The position numbers and the translations under genes are program-made. The notes under the pieces are model-generated. The model had not been told where the DNA came from and did not search any database. It worked only from the letters and a program-made list of their open reading frames with translations. From contig JAJEHX010000038.1 of the NCBI GenBank assembly GCA_022823465.1, positions 103,493 to 167,492 on the forward strand: a stretch of DNA of 64,000 nucleotides, given 5' to 3'. This DNA is from Candidatus Latescibacterota bacterium. Lineage in GTDB: Bacteria > JAAXHH01. Below are positions 56,584 to 64,000 of this stretch, piece by piece (within the stretch, counting starts at the first letter, position 1; every line of letters begins with the position of its first letter).

Positions 56584-58851
56584 ATGGCGTCGAAGAGAAT
56601 CTACGAAGTAGCAAAGCAGTACAATATATCAAGCAACGCGCTCGTCCAGATGCTTCGCGATCTGAACCACACGGTCAAGAGCCATATGAGCGTCATGGAC
56701 GAGAAGATGGTCCTCGACGTCAACATGCGGTTTGAGCAGGAAAAGCTGGCAGCCCGCAAGGAACAGGACCGTAAGAAGAAAATGGCGTCGTCGGAGCGCT
56801 CCGACAAGGCAAAGACGGTGAAGGACAGTCCGCCCCCAGGCAGGCAGAAGGCCGAAGCGAAACCGGCGGCCAAGAAGCAGGACACGCCGCCCGCAAAGGC
56901 GAGCACAAGCACGAGCGACGGAGACGTCCGCGGACGCCGGCGTCGGGGCAAGAAGAAAAAGAAGGCGAAGGTAGACCAGAAGGAAGTCGAAGCCAGCGTG
57001 CGCCGGACCATTGCCCAGATGGACAGCACCCGGACCCGCCGACGCCGACGCCGAGGGGACCGCGAAGAAGGGGAGGGCGAAGAAGAGTCCGTTAACGTCC
57101 TGCGCGTTCCGGAGTTCATCTCCGCGGGCGAACTGGCCGAGCATCTTACCGTGTCTCCCACGGAAGTCGTATCGAAGTGCCTGCAGCTCGGACTCATGAT
57201 CACCATCAACCAGCGGCTGGACATGGATACCATGATGACCGTCGCGGCGGAATTCGGTTACGACATCGAGGAACAGTCCGAGTACGGCCTGGAATACATC
57301 GATGAAGAAGAGGAAGAGGACGACGCCGTCCTCGAGTCCCGTCCGCCCGTCGTTACCATCATGGGGCACGTGGATCACGGCAAGACCTCGCTCCTCGATT
57401 ACATCAGGGAAAGCAACGTGATCGCCGGTGAGGCCGGCGGCATTACCCAGCATATCGGCGCTTACGAAGTCGATCTGGAGGGCGGCCAGATCACCTTCCT
57501 GGACACGCCGGGCCACGAGGCCTTTTCCGCCATGCGCGCCCGGGGAACGCAGGTGACCGACATCGTCATCCTGGTCGTGGCGGCCGACGAGGAAGTCATG
57601 CCGCAGACCATCGAGGCTATCGATCACGCCAAGGCCGCCGAAGTGCCCATCATCGTCGCCCTCAATAAAATGGACCTCGAAACGGTCCGTCCGGATCGGA
57701 TCAAGGAACAGTTGAGCCAGCACGGACTGCTGGTGGAAGACTGGGGCGGCGACATCATCGCCTGCGAGGTTTCCGCCCTGACCGGGATGGGAGTGGACCA
57801 CATCCTGGAGATGGTACTGCTCCAGTCGGAGATGCTCGACCTGAAAGCGAACCACAACCGGCGGGCACAGGGTGTCGTGGTCGAAGCCGAACTGGACCGC
57901 GGAAGGGGCACGCTCGCCACCGTCCTTATCCAGCAGGGCAAATTGCAGGTCGGCGAACCCTTCGTGGCCGGCCAGTTCAGCGGCCGGGTACGGGCGCTGC
58001 TCAACGAACGCGGCGCGCGGATCGAAGAGGCAGGCCCGTCGACCCCCGTGCAGATCATGGGCTTTTCGGGCATGCCCCAGGTCGGAGACACCTTCGCCGT
58101 CGTGGAATCGGAGTCCCTGGCGAGGGAGATCGGCTCACGGCGCCGGCAGATGCGGAGGGAACACGAATTCCGCCAGGCCAAGCCCATCACCCTCGAGGAC
58201 ATCTACGACCAGATCAAGGAAGGTGAAATCCAGGAGCTCCCCGTGATCGTCAAGGGCGACGTAGGGGGGTCCGTGGAAGCGTTGAGCGATTCGCTGCTTC
58301 GCCTGGAGAACGATGAAGTCAAGATCCGCATCATACACACGGGTATCGGGGCCATCAACGAATCCGACGTCCTGCTCGCCACCGCGTCGAATGCCATCAT
58401 CATCGGATTCCACGTGCGGCCGAACGCCCAGGCGCGTGCGCTGGCGGAGCGGGAAAAGGTCGATATCCGCCTGTACGACATCATCTACCGGGTGATCCAG
58501 GACGTCACGGACGCCCTGGAAGGCATGTTGAAACCGGATATCGAAGAAGAGGTAGTGGGCGTGGTGGAAGTCAGGGAGATATTCCGCGCGCCCCGCGTGG
58601 GGACCATCGCGGGATGTTACGTTCAGTCGGGCAACGTGGCCCGTAACGCGAACATCCGTCTCATTCGCGACGGGATCGTCGTCTATGAGAGCACGGTGGG
58701 CTCTCTGCGGAGGTTCAAGGAAGACGTCCGCGAGGTGCAGTCCGGGTTTGAATGCGGTCTGACCGTCGAGGGTTTCCAGGACGTCAAACAGGACGACACC
58801 ATCGAGGTCTACGAGACACGGGAAGTCGCCAGGCAGCTCGAGACGCGTTAA
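56584..58851 (+). CDS. infB: Translation initiation factor IF-2
   Basis: Lys/Arg-rich N-terminus; G-domain [24 protein letters not shown]; C-terminal beta-barrels. Confidence 0.92.
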   Translation: MASKRIYEVAKQYNISSNALVQMLRDLNHTVKSHMSVMDEKMVLDVNMRFEQEKLAARKEQDRKKKMASSERSDKAKTVKDSPPPGRQKAEAKPAAKKQDTPPAKASTSTSDGDVRGRRRRGKKKKKAKVDQKEVEASVRRTIAQMDSTRTRRRRRRGDREEGEGEEESVNVLRVPEFISAGELAEHLTVSPTEVVSKCLQLGLMITINQRLDMDTMMTVAAEFGYDIEEQSEYGLEYIDEEEEEDDAVLESRPPVVTIMGHVDHGKTSLLDYIRESNVIAGEAGGITQHIGAYEVDLEGGQITFLDTPGHEAFSAMRARGTQVTDIVILVVAADEEVMPQTIEAIDHAKAAEVPIIVALNKMDLETVRPDRIKEQLSQHGLLVEDWGGDIIACEVSALTGMGVDHILEMVLLQSEMLDLKANHNRRAQGVVVEAELDRGRGTLATVLIQQGKLQVGEPFVAGQFSGRVRALLNERGARIEEAGPSTPVQIMGFSGMPQVGDTFAVVESESLAREIGSRRRQMRREHEFRQAKPITLEDIYDQIKEGEIQELPVIVKGDVGGSVEALSDSLLRLENDEVKIRIIHTGIGAINESDVLLATASNAIIIGFHVRPNAQARALAEREKVDIRLYDIIYRVIQDVTDALEGMLKPDIEEEVVGVVEVREIFRAPRVGTIAGCYVQSGNVARNANIRLIRDGIVVYESTVGSLRRFKEDVREVQSGFECGLTVEGFQDVKQDDTIEVYETREVARQLETR

Positions 58852-58858
58852 GTAAACC

Positions 58859-59140
58859 ATGATCGTAGGGCTTTGCCGGATCGACGTCTTTCTTCCCGAA
58901 AGCCGCTCGCTGAAAGCCAAGAGGCAGGTGATCAAGGGGCTGAAGGACCGGATCCGGAACCGATTCAACGTGTCCGTCGCCGAAGTCGATCATCAGTCGC
59001 TCTGGCAGCGGGCGACCCTGGGACTTGCCCTGGTGTCCGACGAGAAAGGGTACATCGACCGGACGTTGCAGCAGGTCCTGAACCTTGTGCACGCCGAGCC
59101 CAGGCTGCAGGTGCTGGACCATGCGTTCGAGTGGTACTAG
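58859..59140 (+). CDS. DUF503 (YlxP-like) protein
   Basis: Conserved small protein between infB and rbfA (MIVGLCRIDVFLPESRSLKAKRQV). Confidence 0.75.
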   Translation: MIVGLCRIDVFLPESRSLKAKRQVIKGLKDRIRNRFNVSVAEVDHQSLWQRATLGLALVSDEKGYIDRTLQQVLNLVHAEPRLQVLDHAFEWY

Positions 59141-59149
59141 GAGAAGGAC

Positions 59150-59554
59150 ATGGCACACCGCCGGACGGCACGGGTGGCTGACCTGGTCAAGCAGGAAGTC
59201 AGCCAGATCATTCAGCACGAAATGAAAGATCCCCGTATCGGATTCGTGACGGTGACGTCCGTGGAGGTGTCCATCGATCTGAGGCACGCCCGGATCTACT
59301 TCAGCGTGCTCGGGTCGAAGGCGGACCTGGAGGCGAGCCTGGAAGGACTCGAGAGGGCCAGGGGGTACATCAGGACGCAACTGGGCCGGAGGATCAAACT
59401 GAGGCACATACCGGAACTGCTCTTTCGATACGACGAGTCCTTCGACTACGCACAGCGTATTTCGAATGTCATGAAGGGCATAGAACACACGGAGAAAAAC
59501 CCGGACGGCCAGGTGGACCGGGTTACGGCGGAGAGAGGGGAAGACGAAGGTTGA
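59150..59554 (+). CDS. rbfA: Ribosome-binding factor A
   Basis: RVADLVKQEVSQII...DPRIGFVTVTSVEVSIDLRHARIYFSVLG is the RbfA KH-like core. Confidence 0.88.
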   Translation: MAHRRTARVADLVKQEVSQIIQHEMKDPRIGFVTVTSVEVSIDLRHARIYFSVLGSKADLEASLEGLERARGYIRTQLGRRIKLRHIPELLFRYDESFDYAQRISNVMKGIEHTEKNPDGQVDRVTAERGEDEG

Positions 59555-60483
59555 CGACGGTCCTTCGCTCCGTGGAAGAAGCGGCGAGGCGCTGTCCCCG
59601 GGCCGCGATAGCCGCGGGCAACTTCGACGGGGTTCACCGGGGGCACGGGGCCATTATCGAGCAGGCGATAGATCGGTCACGGGTGTTGAGCGCCCCCTGC
59701 ATGGTCGTCACGTTCGATCCGCATCCGCAACTGGTCATCGGCAGAAAGCCGTCTCTGCAGGTCCTGACGCCGACCAGTCAGAAACTGGAGCTATTGTCGA
59801 GATACGAAATCGATGCCGTACTCGTCATTCCTTTCACGGACGAGTTTGCCCGGATCGAGGCGGAGTCCTTCGTTAAAGCGACCTATGCAGATGCGCTGGA
59901 TATACGGGAGATCATCGTAGGCTACAGCCACAATTTCGGAAGACACGGACGGGGAGACCGGTTGCTGCTGGAGCGGTTGAGCGAGCGGTACGGCTTCAAG
60001 ACCCATGTCGTACAACCGGTACAAATGGAAGGGAGTCCCGTAGACAGCAGCCGTATCCGAGCCCTCCTTGCCGCGGGAGAAATCCACGCCGCCGAACGTC
60101 TGCTCGGCCATGCCTACGTGATAGCGGGCACCGTGGTCCGCGGAGAAGGACGGGGCAGCCAGTTGCGGTATCCCACCGCAAACGTGGTGCCGCACGATCC
60201 CCACGCGCTGATTCCGAAGCGGGGCGTCTACGCGGTTCGCGTGCGCCTGGAAGCAGCGGTTCTGAACGGCGTGATGAACATCGGGACGCGGCCCACGTTC
60301 GGAACGGGCGGCGAGCACTGCGAGGTGCATATACTCGATTTCGAAGGGGACCTGTACGGGCAGTCCATCCAGGTGGAATTCGTCGAGCGTATTCGGGACG
60401 AGAAACGGTTTCCGTCCATCGAGGCGCTCAAAGACCAGATTACAAAGGACGTGTATACGACGTACAATATGTTGAAGGCGTGA
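59551..60483 (+). CDS. ribF: Bifunctional riboflavin kinase / FAD synthetase
   Basis: FAD-synthetase GNFDGVHRGH; riboflavin kinase module GRGSQLRYPTANV...PTFG. Confidence 0.88.
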   Translation: MTTVLRSVEEAARRCPRAAIAAGNFDGVHRGHGAIIEQAIDRSRVLSAPCMVVTFDPHPQLVIGRKPSLQVLTPTSQKLELLSRYEIDAVLVIPFTDEFARIEAESFVKATYADALDIREIIVGYSHNFGRHGRGDRLLLERLSERYGFKTHVVQPVQMEGSPVDSSRIRALLAAGEIHAAERLLGHAYVIAGTVVRGEGRGSQLRYPTANVVPHDPHALIPKRGVYAVRVRLEAAVLNGVMNIGTRPTFGTGGEHCEVHILDFEGDLYGQSIQVEFVERIRDEKRFPSIEALKDQITKDVYTTYNMLKA

Positions 60484-60562
60484 TCGAGCCAGGCGGTCCG
60501 GCGGGACCGGCTGGTCCGGATAGACCGGACGATCAGATCATTTCATTTAAGGAGAACGATTA

Positions 60563-60832
60563 GTGAGCATAGAGAAAGCACAGAAAGAGCAGATTCTGGG
60601 CGAATACGGCCGGCACGAGACGGATACGGGATCTCCCGAAGCGCAGATCGCCCTGATGACCGCGCGGATCACCGAACTGACGGAGCATTTCAAGGTCCAT
60701 AAAAAGGATCATCACTCACTGCGCGGATTGTTGAAGATCGTGGGCCGCCGCCGCCGTCTGCTCTCTTACCTGCGCAGACACAACATCGAACGGTATCGTA
60801 CATTGATCAAGGAATTAGGCATCCGCGGCTAA
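60563..60832 (+). CDS. rpsO: 30S ribosomal protein S15 (GTG start)
   Basis: 89 aa, [32 protein letters not shown]. Confidence 0.88.
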   Translation: MSIEKAQKEQILGEYGRHETDTGSPEAQIALMTARITELTEHFKVHKKDHHSLRGLLKIVGRRRRLLSYLRRHNIERYRTLIKELGIRG

Positions 60833-60893
60833 AGACCGCGGGAAGACGGCCCAATAGCCGTCCATCGACGTTTCAAGGAGAATACCAAGCATT

Positions 60894-62978
60894 ATGTCAC
60901 ATCGTGTAGAGTTCGAACTGGCCGGAAGAACGCTGACCCTCGAGACCGGTAAAGTCGCCAAGCAGGCGGATTCGTCGGTCTGGGTTCAGTATGGAGAAAG
61001 TGTCATTCTGGCCAATATCGTATCAGAGAACAAGTACGTGGAAGGCCGGGATTACCTCCCGTTGATGGTGGATTATCGCGAGAGAATGTACGCGGCGGGA
61101 CGTATTCCCGGTGCAAGGCTCAGGAGAGAAGGACCTCCCTCCGAGAAAGAGATACTGAGCGGGCGCCAGGTCGATCACGCCATCCGGCCGCTTTTCCCCA
61201 AGGACTATTTCTACGAGACGCAGGTTTCCATCATCGTGCTGTCGACGGATATGGAAAACGACCACGACATCCTGGGCGTCATCGGCGCGGCCGCGGCCCT
61301 GCACATCTCGGACATTCCCGTCAAGGCGCCTCTCGCCGCAATCCGGGTGGGACGGGTGGACGGTGAATTCGTCGTCAATCCGACCTACAGCGACCTTGAA
61401 GACAGCGACCTGGACTTCGTCGTGACCGGCACGCCGGATCACATCATGTCGCTGGAGGGCAGCGCGCACGAGATCTCGGAGGAGGACCTGACCGACGCGA
61501 TCCTGCTTTGCCATGAGAACATCAAGACCGTCATCGGGAAGATCGAAGAACTGCGCCAGATGGTCGGCGCCCCCGAAAGACGGGAGTACGACTCGCCGAA
61601 GACCGATTCAGAACTCGCCGAAAAGGTGCGCGAGGTCGCCCTGCCCCTGGTGCAGGAGGGGAACCGGACCCGGGAGAAACGGGCGCGCGGCGACTGTTTC
61701 AGCCGGGCCGCGGACCTGGCCGTGGAGCAGTTGGCGGAAGCGTACCCGGACAGCGAGAACATCATTCGCGACCTGGTGCGGGACGTGCAAAGCGCCGATA
61801 TGCACGACATGATCAAGAACGAAGGCGTGCGCGTCGACGGCCGGGGCATGGACGATATACGTCCCATCTGGTCGGAAGTCGGGGTGTTGCCGAGGACCCA
61901 CGGATCGGCGCTTTTCAGCCGCGGTGAAACGCAGAGCCTGACCGTGACGACCCTGGGGTCAAAGAACGACGAGATGAAGCAGGACGATCTCGAAGGCGAT
62001 TCGCTGAAGTCCTTCATGCTGCATTACAATTTCCCGGCGTACAGCGTCGGCGAAGTACGCATGGCCCGGGGACCCCGGCCGCGGGATATCGGTCACGGTT
62101 CGCTGGCGGAGCACGCCATCGCGCCCGTGATCCCCTCGGAAGACGTGTTTCCCTATACGATCCGCATCGTCTCCGAGATCCTGGAATCCAACAGCTCATC
62201 GTCCATGGCCACCGTATGTGGAGCCACCCTGTCCCTGATGGACGCGGGCGTTCCCATCAAGAGCCCGGTGGCCGGTGTGAACATCGGCCTGATCCCGGAC
62301 GATCCCAAGCCCCAGTACCTGGTCGACATCCAGGGCGTGGAGGATCACCTGGGCGGCATGGACTTCAAGGTTGCCGGCACGCGGGAAGGCATCACCTCGG
62401 TGCAGCTCGACGTCAAGGTCATGGAAGTCAACGAGGAGATTCTCCGCGAGTCCTTCGCCCGGGCGAAGAAGGCGCGGATTTTCATCCTGGACAAGATGGC
62501 CGAGACCATCGCGGAGACGCGGACGCAGTTGTCCGAGCACGCCCCCCGCATCCTGACCGTCCAGGTCAAGCAGGACCAGATCGGTTCCGTGATCGGTCCG
62601 GGCGGCAAGGTAGTGCGCGGCATCCAGGAGGAGACGGGCGCCCAGATCAACATCGAGAACGACGGAACGATTACGATCGCCGCCGTCGACGCGGCCGCTG
62701 GAGAAAAGGCCAAGCAGATCATCGAAAGCATGACGGAAGAGCCTGAGATCGGCAAGGTCTACCAGGGCACCGTGAAGCGGATCGTCGATTTCGGCGCCTT
62801 TGTCGAAATCCTGCCGGGCAAGGACGGTCTGGTGCACATTTCCGAATGGGAAAACCACCGGACGAATTCCATGCAGGATGTGACCAACGAAGGCGACGAG
62901 GTGACCGTTAAGATCATCAATATCGACAATCAGGGCAAAGTCAAGCTGAGTCGAAAGCAAGTGCTCTCCGCGAACTGA
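60894..62978 (+). CDS. pnp: Polyribonucleotide nucleotidyltransferase (PNPase)
   Basis: Two RNase PH domains plus KH plus S1. C-terminal GKVYQGTVKRIVDFGAFVEILPGKDGLVHIS. Confidence 0.92.
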   Translation: MSHRVEFELAGRTLTLETGKVAKQADSSVWVQYGESVILANIVSENKYVEGRDYLPLMVDYRERMYAAGRIPGARLRREGPPSEKEILSGRQVDHAIRPLFPKDYFYETQVSIIVLSTDMENDHDILGVIGAAAALHISDIPVKAPLAAIRVGRVDGEFVVNPTYSDLEDSDLDFVVTGTPDHIMSLEGSAHEISEEDLTDAILLCHENIKTVIGKIEELRQMVGAPERREYDSPKTDSELAEKVREVALPLVQEGNRTREKRARGDCFSRAADLAVEQLAEAYPDSENIIRDLVRDVQSADMHDMIKNEGVRVDGRGMDDIRPIWSEVGVLPRTHGSALFSRGETQSLTVTTLGSKNDEMKQDDLEGDSLKSFMLHYNFPAYSVGEVRMARGPRPRDIGHGSLAEHAIAPVIPSEDVFPYTIRIVSEILESNSSSSMATVCGATLSLMDAGVPIKSPVAGVNIGLIPDDPKPQYLVDIQGVEDHLGGMDFKVAGTREGITSVQLDVKVMEVNEEILRESFARAKKARIFILDKMAETIAETRTQLSEHAPRILTVQVKQDQIGSVIGPGGKVVRGIQEETGAQINIENDGTITIAAVDAAAGEKAKQIIESMTEEPEIGKVYQGTVKRIVDFGAFVEILPGKDGLVHISEWENHRTNSMQDVTNEGDEVTVKIINIDNQGKVKLSRKQVLSAN

Positions 62979-63072
62979 CCGGAGCGCTCGGCCAGTATGA
63001 TCCGAACATCGCCACCGTGGCTCACGTGCCGTCTGCGCGCCATGGTGGCGGTCTTTCCTGTTTGAACCCCCT

Positions 63073-64000
63073 TTGCCAGAATCGAACGAACGTTACAGAA
63101 AAACCGTGCTCCCCAATGGAATTCGGGTGGTAACGGAGCATATGCCGCACGTCCGATCGGTAACGATGGGCGTATGGGTGTGGTCCGGAACGCGGTTCGA
63201 ACCCTCCGAAAAGCCCGGAATCGCCCACTTTCTCGAACACGCGGTATTCAAAGGTACCGAAAAGCGCAACGCGTACCAGATCGCCCAGAGCATCGAAAGC
63301 CTGGGGGGGTACCTCAACGCCTTTACCGGCCGGGAACTCAACTGCTACTTCGCCCGCGTGATGGACAGCCATCTGCCCGTGGCCGTGGACGTAATCGGCG
63401 ATCTGCTGCAGTCCTCGAAGTTCGATCCCCGCGAAATCGAAAAGGAGAAGATGGTGGTCATCGAGGAGATACACGGCCTCGAGGACAACCCGGAAGACCT
63501 GGTCAGCGAGCTCTACGCCAACCTGATCTGGCAGCCCCATCCCCTGAGCCGTCCGATCCTGGGGAACGCGCCCTCGGTCTCGTCCTTTACGCGAAGCCAC
63601 CTCGTAGCCTACCTGGAAGACCGTTACCGGAACGACCGGACTTACGTCATTGCGGCGGGCAGCGTGGATCACGACGCCCTGGTCGATCTCGTGCGGGACC
63701 AGTACGATTTCCCCGGGGACGGTCCGGATGTCGATGCGGACGCCCAGGTGGATTCGAGAGATCTTGATTCGAGAGGTCTTGATTCGAGAGGGCTCGATTC
63801 CAGGGCCGGGAACAGGCGTGTGCTGAGCAAGGACATAGCCCAGGCGCATCTCTGCCTGGGCGGCATCGCGCTGCCCTACGGCCATCCATCGAAGTATACC
63901 CTGTTCCTGCTGAACGCCATACTGGGCGGCGGCATGACTTCGCGTCTGTTCCAGAAGATCCGCGAGGAGGCCGGCCTGGCCTATTCGATCTATTCGGACC
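63073..64000 (+). CDS. M16-family zinc peptidase (pitrilysin-like), 5'-partial in window. Probable TTG start; runs off the window end.
   Basis: YRKTVLPNGIRVVTEHMP N-terminus and inverted zinc motif HFLEH. Contains in-frame 15-bp repeats (DSRDLDSRGLDSRGLDSRA) at about 63751-63803. The ORF is absent from the supplied track because it has no ATG-to-stop span within the window. Confidence 0.7.
   Translation, partial: MPESNERYRKTVLPNGIRVVTEHMPHVRSVTMGVWVWSGTRFEPSEKPGIAHFLEHAVFKGTEKRNAYQIAQSIESLGGYLNAFTGRELNCYFARVMDSHLPVAVDVIGDLLQSSKFDPREIEKEKMVVIEEIHGLEDNPEDLVSELYANLIWQPHPLSRPILGNAPSVSSFTRSHLVAYLEDRYRNDRTYVIAAGSVDHDALVDLVRDQYDFPGDGPDVDADAQVDSRDLDSRGLDSRGLDSRAGNRRVLSKDIAQAHLCLGGIALPYGHPSKYTLFLLNAILGGGMTSRLFQKIREEAGLAYSIYSD

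Noticed and set aside
63022-63885. 287-aa minus-strand ORF at the right edge
   Set aside because: The opposite strand encodes an M16 peptidase N-terminus with an HFLEH zinc motif. The listed ORF is the shadow.

Overview
This is a 64 kb, high-GC (roughly 63-65%) bacterial chromosomal segment with protein-coding genes packed on both strands. I found no rRNA genes and no CRISPR array.

The left ~46 kb is a dense accessory-like catabolic region. It holds a sulfatase, three pyruvate-type class II aldolases (two HpcH/HpaI and one RraA-like), three phytanoyl-CoA-dioxygenase (PhyH) family paralogs, and five Zn/Fe alcohol dehydrogenases. It also holds an enolase-superfamily dehydratase, an amidohydrolase, a UxaB-like reductase, a D-amino-acid-dehydrogenase-like flavoenzyme and an M19 dipeptidase. 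The same region also carries an orphan peptide-binding protein, gamma-glutamyltransferase, kynureninase, a DUF362 protein, TRAP DctQ/DctM permeases (dctM frameshifted), tandem NCS2-like permeases with an unusual C-terminal domain, and a MATE efflux pump. A tesA/ybbA/ybbP-like ABC module with a glycerophosphodiesterase, a HepT/MntA toxin-antitoxin pair and a small HNH nuclease are also present.

The right ~18 kb is conserved housekeeping: scpA-scpB-rluB, rpsA, an MtaB-like radical-SAM enzyme, tRNA-Arg(CCG), a lone degenerate serine recombinase, then rimP-nusA-ylxQ-infB-DUF503-rbfA-ribF-rpsO-pnp and the start of an M16 peptidase.

The most unusual elements are listed below.
- A translationally coupled pair of uncharacterized genes (12822-15526) sits beside an AT-rich patch.
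- Tandem duplicated permeases carry a conserved novel cytoplasmic tail (22291-25913).
- An AT-rich 450-bp intergenic region has a ~150-bp tandem duplication bearing palindromic motifs (19586-20039).
- A tandem hairpin element exactly fills a convergent-gene gap (25905-26000).
- A catalytic-Ser-to-Gly serine recombinase lies next to tRNA-Arg.
- Several in-frame micro/minisatellites occur inside coding sequences.

All functional calls are from motif recognition by eye; no database searches were run.
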